This document shows positions 33,144 to 44,600 of a stretch of DNA of 64,000 nucleotides, in pieces (within the stretch, counting starts at the first letter, position 1; each line of letters begins with the position of its first letter). The notes under the pieces were generated by a model. That model ran no database searches. It saw only the letters and a program-made list of their open reading frames with translations, and had not been told where the DNA came from. Source of the stretch: Ascoidea asiatica JCM 7603 (lineage: Eukaryota; Fungi; Ascomycota); assembly GCA_001600695.1 (NCBI GenBank), contig BCKQ01000004.1, positions 145,608-209,607 of the forward strand, written 5' to 3'. Both the position numbers and the translations under genes were made by a program.

Positions 33144-35431
33144 ATGAATTCACTTAATCCCGAGCAGGATAATGCTATTTTTCAGAATGTAAGTACTAGA
33201 ATATTAATGTTTATCTTCTTAGTTTCATAATCTATTATTTTCAGAAAGCTCATTAATAACCAAATATTCTTTTATTTTTTTTTTTGTAAAAAACATAGCA
33301 ATTTGAGGTTCATGAAGCAATTGTCTTTTGCATTGAACTTTCTGAATCCATGTTTACTCCTAGAAAAGAATTAAAAGGCCATTCTCAATTACGTGAAATA
33401 TTAGAAACTCTTAATGAATTGATGTCTGAAGCAGCTGCTAATTTGTCTAAAACTGGAATTGGTTGTTATTTTTTCAATTGTAGTAAAACTTCTGATAATT
33501 TTAGGGAAGGTATATACTCTTTTATTAATCTTAATAGTATATCTGTTGATAATATGAAGAATCTCAATAGTATCTTGAATAACACTACTGATTTGGCCCT
33601 AAAAACTATATTTCCCTTAATGAGCTATTCCTCACAATTAGACTTTGAAGACAAAAGAACCACGTTAGATGAAGTTTTTTCTCAAATGAACACAGAATTT
33701 TTAAATCAGTCAAGTCAAATTAATTATAATTTCAAAAAGTTGTTTTTATTCACTGATAATGATAAACCTTACAACAGTAACAATGAGGAAGGTCTTTTCT
33801 TAAAAAAAAAGATTCAAACCTTATTATCCGATTTAGAGAGTGAAACAATTCAGCTAAATACTTTTTTTCTAGGCAGTAAAAATTCTCCTTTTAATCCGCA
33901 GCTTTATAACAATATTCTTTCAAAGGAAGATACAATTAAATCAAAGGGAAACAAATATCCCTCAATGGTAGTTGACGAAATTGAATCTCAACCTACTCCT
34001 CTTAAAGATATCAAGGCAAAAATTTTTAGAAGGAAAGAAATTAAAAGAATTGAATTTCAATGCCCCCTTGAGATTGGTCCAAAATTATCAATATCTGTTA
34101 AAGGATATGGATTTTATTCTCCAACAGTTCCTAAAAAGCCAATGGATTTTTATGCAAAAGATGAAGCTTTCAAAAAAGTAAATACGATTACTAATTTTGA
34201 AGTTGATTCTGGAAACATAGGAAATGATTACAATCAAATTATGAATAGACAAAATATTCCAAATACAATTTCTAATAATAATATATGTAAGTGTTTTAAA
34301 TTTGGAGAAGAGGTATTTTCTTTAACTAAAAAACAAAAATTGCTAATTCAATATTTTGAAACAGAAGGTGAAAAAGATTCTAGAATCCAAGAGCCAAAGG
34401 CATTATTGAAAATTATCGGCTTCAGGAAAGAATGTACCAGTTTTCAACCTCAATATAATATTGCGAGGTCGTCTTTTATTGGACCAGATCCAAATGGTGA
34501 GTTTACAAATTCTTTTCGAAATTTTAGCTGCTTGTATCAATCAATGATCAAAACAGGAAGAGCTGCTATTGTTTGGGGTAAAAAAAGAAACAACACAAAT
34601 TCCAGTTTATTTGCTTTAATAGCGTCAAAAAAGTTTATTTTTCTTAAAAAAAAATTAACCAAAAATGAAGAAAGAATACATAAAAGTGCAATAGATTTTC
34701 CTGAAGGTTTATTTTTAATTAAAATACCTTTTGCAGATAATATCAGAAGGATTCCCAATTTCGTTAAACCTGTAATACTTGATGAAGGTTCCCTCCAAAT
34801 TACAAAAGCAATACTACAAAGATTTCAGCTTTGGAATAGTTATAAACCCAATGATTTTTCTAATCCTTCACTACAATGGCACTACAAAGTATTAAGGGAT
34901 GAGGCATTGCAAAATGAAATTGATACTAAAAATGATATATCACAAGTTTGGGAAATTGACGATTATGAAAAGCGAAAATCGCTTTTATGTGGATTTGATA
35001 AAACTATGAATAAGGTTAATCAAATTAGGACAGTGATTTTAACAGATATACCAAAAAATATAGAAGATATGATGAACATTAATATCAGTTCTTCAACGAT
35101 ATCTGAAAAAGATCGTAAAAAATGGGAAGAGGCATCTCTTAATATTGCTTTTTTAATTAGGTACTGGAATTTCTCGCTCAATAACTTGGAAGTTTTTGAG
35201 ACAATCGAAGATGATGATAAACCATTGAAAATTCCTAAGAAAGTGGAAGATTACAGATTGACTAATAGAGATGTTTTAAATGCATGGCAACAAGGAACAC
35301 TTTCTAAATTCAAAATATCCCAACTTAAACAGTTTATTAAACTAAATAATGGTCATATAAAAACTGCATACAAAAAGGCAGATATAATCCAAAACATTAC
35401 ACAATATTTTGAACAGAGAAAAAAGCATTAA
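33144..35431 (+). CDS. YKU70: Ku70; exons 33144-33188 and 33299-35431
   Basis: Spliced N-terminus FEVHEAIVFCIELSESMF, LFLFTDNDKP, KIPFADNIR, FSNPSLQWHYK; C-terminal SAP-like domain. Confidence 0.9.
33189..33298 (+). other. YKU70 intron (110 nt)
   Basis: GTAAGT donor, TAATAAC branch-like site (33254-33260), T-tract, TAG acceptor; phase 0 join in frame. Confidence 0.85.
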
Positions 35432-35529
35432 TATATAACGATTAAAAATTGATAATATTTACAAGCCTAATATATAATGATTAAATATTTAATATTTTTT
35501 TTCTTAAGTAACATGACAGTAAAATAAAA

Positions 35530-36837
35530 CTATTTTTTGATTGCATGATATCTTTTACCTCTAAATCCATAAATTTTTTGATTAAATTGATAAACTTCTT
35601 GTGGATTTAAATCATTTAACTCCCATTTAGTAGAACCAAATATATTTGTAGATTTTTCAAACAAAACATCTAGTTTGTTACTATATTTTTCATTTAACAT
35701 AGTTATATCTCTGTTAATATCAAAATCATTATAACCTGTTAAAAATAAAGCACATTTTGTTTCTAAAAGATCAGATATTGTTGAATCCCATTGACCATTA
35801 GTCTCAGGAGATCCTAAACCTGAATGAAATAAGAAAAAAACATCAAGATAAGGATCGTAAGGGAAAAAATCTTGGGCTTCATGAAAAACATGGAAAGTGT
35901 TTGTGTGATGTACTAATGCTAAATCTTCATCTATTCTTTTAACTACTGGTCTTTCTGATTGAATATATTGATTACGTTCACGATCAAATAAACATTCTGG
36001 GCCAACAAAATGAAGTTCTATTGCTGCATATGGAAAAAGATAACTTAGTTGTTTCCAAACATGAGGTGGTAATTGAGATTCTGCTCTTGCACCTAGAATA
36101 AATATTCTAATTGGTCTTTCCTTAAATGTTGAAGTTCTATCGGGATATAAAGTATAACGTAGCGCAGCAAGAGATTTTAAACCTTCCAAAGTAATTGGAC
36201 CTTTTGGTTTTAAATAATAAGGAGAAAATTGATGTAATACAGAACCTATTGTTATAGGATAACTTAACATTTTTGTAACAGCTGCTAATTGAAATTCAGT
36301 ATCCATTGAATAAAACATTCTTGTATAGAAAAAAGTATCCCAGTTAGTGAAATTCACAGCTCTATCAACATCCTGTTCAGTAGGAAAATCAAATTCTGGA
36401 AATTGTCTTCCGGATCTTAAATCATGTTCATATATATTGACTTTTTTCAATATTTCATATTTTTTGGAACTTTGATAATCAACATCAGCTTCCCAAGCAG
36501 CTTTAGAATGATGAGTAGGTATACCAGAATAAGGACAAGCAAAATTAATTTCACTTTTAGTAACAGGACATTTAGCATTTGCCCTTATTGTTGCAGCTCT
36601 TGTTCTCAAGTCGGCAGAAGGAGATGAATCCCAAGGATAAAATCTATTTTCAGGAGTTGGATCATCTGGTGAAGGAGAAGGATCTATTCCAAGGGTTGTT
36701 TTAATGAATCCAATTATATTACGCCTGGCTTGAAAATTATTTATTTTCTTTGCATTCACAAAACCCGATCGTCTCAAATTCAGAGAGTATGAAAAGGCTA
36801 TTGATCTCAAAGCTGAAGGAGAAGTGATATATACCAT
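35530..36837 (-). CDS. MSS51: Mss51, COX1 translational activator / assembly factor
   Basis: PTPENRF.PWD.SP, AKCPVT, CPYSGIPTHHS, YEHDLRSGR, GFRGKRYH. Confidence 0.96.
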   Translation of the reverse strand: MVYITSPSALRSIAFSYSLNLRRSGFVNAKKINNFQARRNIIGFIKTTLGIDPSPSPDDPTPENRFYPWDSSPSADLRTRAATIRANAKCPVTKSEINFACPYSGIPTHHSKAAWEADVDYQSSKKYEILKKVNIYEHDLRSGRQFPEFDFPTEQDVDRAVNFTNWDTFFYTRMFYSMDTEFQLAAVTKMLSYPITIGSVLHQFSPYYLKPKGPITLEGLKSLAALRYTLYPDRTSTFKERPIRIFILGARAESQLPPHVWKQLSYLFPYAAIELHFVGPECLFDRERNQYIQSERPVVKRIDEDLALVHHTNTFHVFHEAQDFFPYDPYLDVFFLFHSGLGSPETNGQWDSTISDLLETKCALFLTGYNDFDINRDITMLNEKYSNKLDVLFEKSTNIFGSTKWELNDLNPQEVYQFNQKIYGFRGKRYHAIKK

Positions 36838-37340
36838 TATAAGAGAAAGACCAACTATTAGTGAAAATTATATCTCTCTTTTTTTAAAAGATCTAAAATT
36901 GACAGTCTTGTGGTGGCTTGAGTTAATTGAAATTATTGACGATGAGAGATAAATTTTAAACCATTTAAGAATTTGGCATCAAAGTACCAAACATCAAAGC
37001 TTATTGTTAATGACTTCTCAATTCCCGTTTTGTGAGAAAACTTCAAGATTTCTCGTCAAAATGAAAAAACGCCAGTTCCGACTGCCAGCACTAGGCCTTT
37101 TTCTGGGTTTAGTTTTTTTTTTCAAGAAAAATTACGGTCACCTACCCTCGGAACGTGATAAAAAACGTACTTTAACGCTTACCATGCATTATATCACATA
37201 TCTAGATTTCTCCTCGAAATTTCACTTTCATTTTTATCTTTTTTGATAATTTGAATTAATTTCTCTAGATTTTAATTTCTGTAATCAGACTCCAGTGCTT
37301 CTAATTTGCTCTTTGGAAGAATCTTAGTTTTTTAATTAAT

Positions 37341-40235
37341 ATGAGCCTATTATTAACACATCATTCAGACTTCAAGAATGGAGTTATAATCATCAACCGG
37401 GTTTTAAGGAAAAATAAAACCCAGCATATTTTGTTACAATTAAAATTTTCAAAAAATTGTAGAAATGTTAATTTCAAAAGATTCCTTTCTTCTCTGGAAC
37501 CTGTAAAAAATTATACAAAAGAAAAAACCATAATTCCACAAAATATTTTAGCCTTGCAGATTCAAAATGATAATTCATATAGTCAATTAAGAAGAATCTT
37601 TGATGAGGAAGATTATTGGAAATCTTTTCTCAATTCTGAACAGTTGAAAGAAAATCATGAAAAATCTTTTGGTAGTAGAAATATTATAAATTCTTTGAAA
37701 AAAAAGTTTCACTCATCACATCTTGAAACAGGACTATTTAAAAATCCTTTTCTAAAATCTCCAGATGGGTTGAATAATTTCACTGATGATACTCTTTTGA
37801 AAGCTCAAAAATTAGTGGATAAATTAACTGATGTTAATATTCCAGATAAATATTTATTCACTTTTGTTAAGGATTTGGATACATTAAGTGATTTATTATG
37901 TAAAGTAATCGATTTATGTGAATTTATTAGAATTTCTCATCCTGATCAAAAATTTCTAGATATGGCTCAAAAATGTCATCAAAAGATGTTCAATTATATG
38001 AATTATTTAAATACAAACATAAAGTTATATAAAAGGTTAAACGATATTATGAATAATAAAGAACCTAGGTTTTTAAAAGTAAGAGAAAATTTCTCAGAAG
38101 AAGAGCTTGTGGTTGCAAATATTTTATTAAATGATTTTAAAAACTCATGCATTGATATGGATGAAAATTCAAGAAATCTATTCATTGAACTTTCTTCAAG
38201 AATATCTGTTATAGGTCAATATTTCAATAATAATGTTCATGACTTAAAATCTGAAAGAATTTCGTTGAATATTAATCAACTTAAAAATTCTATTTCAAAT
38301 CATATATATACAGATATAGCTTCACATATAGCTAGTATATCTTCTAATGGATCAGAGTTAAAAATTCCTTTACTTAGTTCAATATCTTATAATATTCTTA
38401 AAAATTCATCAAACGAATCTGTTAGAAAAAAATTATGGGTTCAATTAAATCAAGTTAGTGATAAACAAATTCAACTATTAGAATTACTTTTAAATTATAG
38501 AAAACTACTTTCATTAAAACTTGGTTATAAAACATTTAATGAATACCAATTAAAGGATAAAATGGTAAAACATCCTAAAAATGTTTCTGTTTTTTTAGAT
38601 GAATTAATTTCAAAAATCAAACCATATTGTATTATGGAATTAAGAATGTTAGCTTCGATCAAATGGTATGATTTGAAGAAATATATTGATACAAGTTCCA
38701 AGGATGACATAGATTTAGAAAAATACACAAATTTATTCAAAGAAAGATTACAAGTTGAAAATCTAACTGAAAAAGAATTAATGAATTTTATTAAACCATG
38801 GGATAGAGAATATTTAATGGCGAGATTTCTTTTCGAAAAGAGAAAAAAAAATCCTTTATTAACTACAAAAAATTCCATAGTAGAAAATGACTTTACAGAA
38901 CAATCTTCTTATTCACAGCCAATTTCAAATTTTTTTTCTTTAGGAACAGTAATAGAAAATCTATCAAAATTTTTAACATATGTTTATGGGGTAAAATTAG
39001 TACCAATTAAACCTTTAAGAGGTGAGATTTGGCATAAAGATGTAAGAAAGCTTAAAGTGGTAAGTAGTTCAAATGAAAAAGAACTTATTGGAATGATTTA
39101 TTTGGATCTTTTCGAAAGATTTGGCAAATCTGTTAATCCGGCACATTTTACAATAGTTTGTTCTAGAAAAGTAAACGACCCTGAAGAATTAAAAGATTGT
39201 GAGATATTGAACTCCAGTTTAGATTCTGCATCTTCATCAACATCTATAGCCAAATCTAAATCTAAATCCGAAAATAAAAATGGGTTAATTCAGTGCATTA
39301 AAAATTCCAATGGAGAGATTTTTCAACTACCAATTATTACTCTAACTTGTAATTTTAGTAAACAGTCTAAATTAATTAATAATAAATTTGAGAAATTTAC
39401 TTTGCTAAATTTATCAGAATTGGAAACTTTATTTCATGAAATAGGACACTCATTACATTCAATGTTTGGAAAAACCAATTTACACAATGTTTCAGGTACT
39501 AGATGTTCAACCGATTTTGTTGAGTTACCTTCAATTTTAATGGAAACATTTGCAAAAGATAAAAGAGTTTTAGAGTTTCTTGGTAATCATTATCTAAAAT
39601 CTTTCAATAATGAAATGGGAAAATCAAAATTTCCAACTGATTTATTAAATAAAAAAGTAGATGAAGAATTTTTTGAAGATTTAATTAAATTGAATCAATC
39701 AGAAAATAACTTTATGAAATATTGTGAACTATACTCTCAAATTAAAATGGCTTGTCTTGATCAAATATTACATAATAAAACTCCTAATCCATCAATGATT
39801 AATATTTCATCTGGAAAAATTGAAGAGATAAATACAGAAAACAGTAGTTTAATAAATGAAAAAAATTTAGATGAATTAGTTTCTTCTAAACTTGGATACT
39901 CTAAGAATATCTATTGGGATGTTGAAAAGAAGTTGAAAATCTTCAGTGATGAAGAATCTACTTGGTTGGGTAAATTTGGACATTTATTTACCTATGGATC
40001 AACATATTATTCATATATTTTCGATAGGGCAATTTCTTCACAGATATATAAGGAACTATTTTACAAAAATCCTTTTGAAAGGAGGAATGGAAGATTATTC
40101 CGAGAATCAGTTTTGAGCTGGGGTGGATCAAAAAACCCATGGATATTAATTGGAGACTGTTTGAATGAAAATAGATTGAAAAAAGGTGATGAGGAATCCA
40201 TGAGAATCATTGGTGAAAACACTGATTTGAATTGA
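37341..40235 (+). CDS. OCT1: Mitochondrial intermediate peptidase (M3 family)
   Basis: LSDLLCKVIDLCEFIR, NPAHFTIVCSR, HEIGH zinc motif, GTRCSTDFVELPSILME, FGHLFTYGSTYYSY. Confidence 0.95.
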   Translation: MSLLLTHHSDFKNGVIIINRVLRKNKTQHILLQLKFSKNCRNVNFKRFLSSLEPVKNYTKEKTIIPQNILALQIQNDNSYSQLRRIFDEEDYWKSFLNSEQLKENHEKSFGSRNIINSLKKKFHSSHLETGLFKNPFLKSPDGLNNFTDDTLLKAQKLVDKLTDVNIPDKYLFTFVKDLDTLSDLLCKVIDLCEFIRISHPDQKFLDMAQKCHQKMFNYMNYLNTNIKLYKRLNDIMNNKEPRFLKVRENFSEEELVVANILLNDFKNSCIDMDENSRNLFIELSSRISVIGQYFNNNVHDLKSERISLNINQLKNSISNHIYTDIASHIASISSNGSELKIPLLSSISYNILKNSSNESVRKKLWVQLNQVSDKQIQLLELLLNYRKLLSLKLGYKTFNEYQLKDKMVKHPKNVSVFLDELISKIKPYCIMELRMLASIKWYDLKKYIDTSSKDDIDLEKYTNLFKERLQVENLTEKELMNFIKPWDREYLMARFLFEKRKKNPLLTTKNSIVENDFTEQSSYSQPISNFFSLGTVIENLSKFLTYVYGVKLVPIKPLRGEIWHKDVRKLKVVSSSNEKELIGMIYLDLFERFGKSVNPAHFTIVCSRKVNDPEELKDCEILNSSLDSASSSTSIAKSKSKSENKNGLIQCIKNSNGEIFQLPIITLTCNFSKQSKLINNKFEKFTLLNLSELETLFHEIGHSLHSMFGKTNLHNVSGTRCSTDFVELPSILMETFAKDKRVLEFLGNHYLKSFNNEMGKSKFPTDLLNKKVDEEFFEDLIKLNQSENNFMKYCELYSQIKMACLDQILHNKTPNPSMINISSGKIEEINTENSSLINEKNLDELVSSKLGYSKNIYWDVEKKLKIFSDEESTWLGKFGHLFTYGSTYYSYIFDRAISSQIYKELFYKNPFERRNGRLFRESVLSWGGSKNPWILIGDCLNENRLKKGDEESMRIIGENTDLN

Positions 40236-40523
40236 AAAGAAAGGAAAGCTTATCGCATGTAATTAGTAATGCAACTGCCATATTCATAGTCGAAACATAG
40301 ACGGCATAACTTGTATATCAATATTTTATTCAATTGTTTCAATTGTTTTTACTATTATCTTATCCAAAATATTTATTTCACTAGAAATGTTTATTTCATT
40401 CCGAATAACCAAACTCAAAAACAAAGTATCTGGAACTGGAACTGGAGCTTTGTTGATAAGCTTAGTGCACTATTATTTGATTTCGCGGTTTATTACGTAA
40501 CTACATGTGTGTAAATCGGCAGT

Positions 40524-41012
40524 TGATTGTTAATCATTTTATTCTTTTATTAGAATTGTCTTCGAATATTCTAGGCTATTCTTAGACTTTCTAAGATTGC
40601 ATAGATTGTTCTACGACTACATTCTATTGCGTTCTCAGAACTTCCGTGTGCATGTTAAATGTACTAGAACGATCTGGGTCTGCATTATTTATTCTTTCTT
40701 CCAAGTTCCGTGTGCATCTCGAATGTACTGGAATCTTCGTGTTTGTTCTTAGAATGACGTAGTGTCTTTTAGAACAATAGGTTATTCTATTTCTTTTCTT
40801 AAGTATGGGAAGTGAATTTTCACATACTAAATTTACAAATTTATTTTTAAGATGGGTTACCCGCTCCCATTTCTACTAATATAAATAGGGCACTTACCTC
40901 CCATAATTTTTATATATTTTTTATATATTTTATATTTTAATTAACAATTGTTTATAATTTGAATTAGACATCTTGTTAGTAATAATTAAATAAGTTGCGC
41001 AAACTACAATCG
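40524..41012 (+). repeat. 5' LTR
   Basis: Roughly 93% identical by hand alignment to 46353-46839; contains TATAAATA (about 40880), Reb1-like TTACCCG (40857-40863) and a ~28-bp internal direct repeat. Confidence 0.92.
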
Positions 41013-41603
41013 AATTTTTTAATAAATTTTGAATATCGATTCCTTATTAAAAATAAGTATTAATTTATTTTTTTATTGTTCTCAATATTTTTAGGTAATT
41101 CTGAGTACGACTTGAAGTCACTTATTATAATACTAACAAGAGAGGGATCTCGAAAATGATTAATTCCCTGACGTTTACTTTCCTCCTATATTATTTAGGA
41201 CACTGGTGGCCGTTATAGAATATTGTTCTTAGCTTTATGAGGCTAGGGTTAATTAGTAAATAGTAGTCATTTAATTGGTACTGAGTTATCACATGTTTTG
41301 AAATGCTAGTCGTCTGCTCATGGCAAGGTAAAAATGAAAACAAATTTAATATTGTATGGAAATGTTCAGATAGCGAACGAATCTACTAATATATTTTCTT
41401 TAATATTACCTTCTATTTCAGATTATTTATACTCTTAATACTTCAACTGATATTACTTTTTATTCCTGTTATTTCAATTATAATACTCTATTAAATACAA
41501 CCTAAAAACAAAAACAAAAAAAAAAAATTTCAAAACCAAAATAATTATTTAAAATGATAACTAAAAATAATGAACACTATTTTAATTGAAAAAAAATATA
41601 ATC

Positions 41604-44600
41604 ATGACTGAAACTATTAAATCTTCATCCAAACAATTTAATGACAACATTGCCTTAAACGAAGTTACATTTGATAAAATGGATAAACAAATTCGATCAG
41701 TTAGTTAATCAATCCAGAAACTAAGATCTGATATTAGCGAAAGATTTAAAAATCAATATTCAAATAGACTTAAATACAGTAAGCATTTTGATGATTTAAG
41801 ATTTGCTATTACAAATCAAACATCGGATATAGATTTTATTAAAGATATGCCTAAATCCATTACATCTTCTTTATCTAAAGCTTCTACAATTAATGATCCT
41901 GTTGCTCAAGTTAAACAAGAAGATGCTTCTGCTTCAGACACAACTAGTGCTACAGGTAATAAAAATGTTGCTGCTCATCCAAATGTCAATACTACTGATG
42001 ATGCTGATAACACTAGATTTTTTGAAACTGAAGACAAAATCAAAGAAGAAATTCTTAAATCACCAAGTATACCAGCTGCTGCTCCAAAAGTTCAAAAGCT
42101 TGCCCAAGGTTTTCAAGCACCCAACCAAAATAACCAGAACATATTCACCGAACTGAATGAGGTTAATAACTGGAGATATGATGTCAATCAAATTAAATTT
42201 GATGAAATAACGATTGAGTCTGCTGCTTGGGCGAATCCAAAAATTGAAAGTATTTTACTTCGGCCAGGTATGGCAATAAACAGAGATACTTCTGGTATTG
42301 GTATGGATGGTACTTCAAAACCACCAAAATTAAAACAAAATTTAATTATTGAAGGAAGACAAGATAGAACATTAATTCTAAAATTACAATCTATTGAAAC
42401 TTACTTCAAAATGAATAGGTTAAGATATGATTTACGGGGAATAAATCTTTATAACTATATTCCAGAATATATAAATTTAGAATGGATTAATTTCATTAGA
42501 ACCATTGCAAGAAATGGTTTAAAAAACCCTTCATGACCTGCTGCCTGTGCTTTCATTCTCGGAGGTATAGACACAGATCAAAATTATAGAGCTTTAATTC
42601 AACAATTCAAAGAAATTAAACCCTCTGAAAATGAAAAAGTTGTCGATTATATTACAAGATTTAGGAATTCTTATGAAAGTCTTCCTTTAAATGCTGTTTC
42701 TAGTACTTTCATGAGATAAACAATTATTTCTCAAATTAAAAATGAATTTCCTCATCAAATTCAATGGGAAACAAAATTTCCATCCAAAAAAACTATTGAA
42801 TTGCTCAACAAATTACTTAACTTGTTCAGTTCAACAGATGTTTTTACAGCTGTTTCAAATGAAGTTATTATTGACAATGATATTTATAAGTTCAATAATC
42901 TTGAATCAATTATTGATTCAAACTCAAAGGAAAACTTCAATGCAATTCGTTCCACAACCAAAACTTGTGATTTCTGTAATCTCCCAGGACATTTCAGAAA
43001 TACTTGTTTCTGGTATAGAAAATACAAAACAATTGCTGAAGAAGGAGTGGAGGAAGACCAATCTGAAAAGTCAAAGCTGGAACTGACCTCAGAATCCTTT
43101 TCTGACGATGAACATTTTAGATTAATTAACACCAACAACAAAAAGTTTCCTAATAGATATTTCGATTCTTTTGTTAATGATAAAAAAGATGAAAATTCTT
43201 TTCAATACTGGTGCTGAATCCAACTATGTTTTTGAATCATCCTTAAACGCCTTGAAAATCAAAATGCTACAGCGTAAGCCTACAACCATCCATGGCCTTA
43301 CAGGGACAATGATAGTCAAGAATGATGTCATTTTACCACTATTCATTGAAAACTTTGGTTTAATTGACATTAAATGTGCTGTTTGCCAGAAAGTTCAACA
43401 AAAGCTTTCGATATTACTATTGGAACTAGATTTCTCTACGAGCATAAATTTTGTGCACAATGTAGTAATAGATTTTCAATTATGCTTTTAAACCAAGATA
43501 AAAAGTGTATTTTGAGTCCAGAAAATGTTGATGAATTAGAAAAAGTTTATGTCTCAACATCACAGTCAAATGACGAACAAGTGTTTGATATTAAGAAATA
43601 CACTTACTTAAATGATTCAACTCCAAGATTACCTCCAGAAAGACTGTTTAAACACACTATTGAAACAACTTCTGAAACACCAATTTATATTGGAAGTTAC
43701 AACTATAGTCCTTTTCAACAAAAATTAATTGATGAATTTTTTAAATCAAATCTAGAAGCTCGATTAATTTCTGAAACTAAAAGTGGTTGGAAGTTTCCAT
43801 TAGTTCTTGTTCCAAAGATGATAGAACTTATAGTGTTTGCGTTGACGATAGGAAATTAAATGCTATTAGTGTTAGGCATTATTTTCCTTTGCCATCTATT
43901 GATATTTGCCTTAATAAACTCAATGGTGTTAAATACATCACTTCTTTGTATATTAAAAATGGCTTTTACCAAATTGCTTTAGATAATGATAGTAAAGCTA
44001 AAACTGCTTTTTCTTCCAATTCAGGTCATTATCAATTCACTGTCATGCCTTTTGGCTTAGGCAATGGTACTTATACCTTTCAATCAGTTATGATGAAAAC
44101 TTTAGGCCACCTACCTTATGTTATGGTTTATGTTGATGATATAATTATTCACAGCCATAATAAAGCAGATCATATTGATCAAGTTAATGAGGTCCTTACT
44201 CAACTTGAAAAAGAAAAACTTCAATTAAATGTGAAGAAGTCAAAATTCTTTTGCAAAGAAGTTAAATTTTTAGGACATATTGTTTCCTCAGAAGGAATCA
44301 AATGTGATCCTACAAAGAACGAGAAAAACTTAAATTGGCCATTACCAAAATCAATTACTGATATAAGAGGTTTCATTAACTTATGCTCATATTACCAAAA
44401 ATTTATCTCAAATTTTTTTCAACAAATGATCCCACTTACAGATTTATTGGTTGGGTCTCCTAAACCGGGAACAAAAATTGAATTAACACCTTCTCAAATT
44501 GAATGCTTTACATCAATGAAAAAAACATTAACTACTGCTCCTGTTTTAAAAGCATTTGATCCTGAGAGAGTTGCAATTTTAGAAACCTATGCTTCTGACT

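Noticed and set aside
40892-40899. ACTTACCT in the LTRs resembling the U1 snRNA 5' end (antisense AGGTAAGT donor)
   Set aside because: Only 8 nt; no U1 structure or Sm site follows; part of both LTRs
41095-41140. GTAATT...TACTAAC-AAG in the retrotransposon leader as an intron
   Set aside because: Weak donor and very short length; a 7-mer of this composition is expected by chance several times per window; a spliced genomic RNA would lose it on retrotransposition
41706-43206. RIP-like C-to-T / G-to-A signature in the retrotransposon
   Set aside because: LTR differences include many transversions with no consistent dinucleotide context; RIP is not established in budding yeasts
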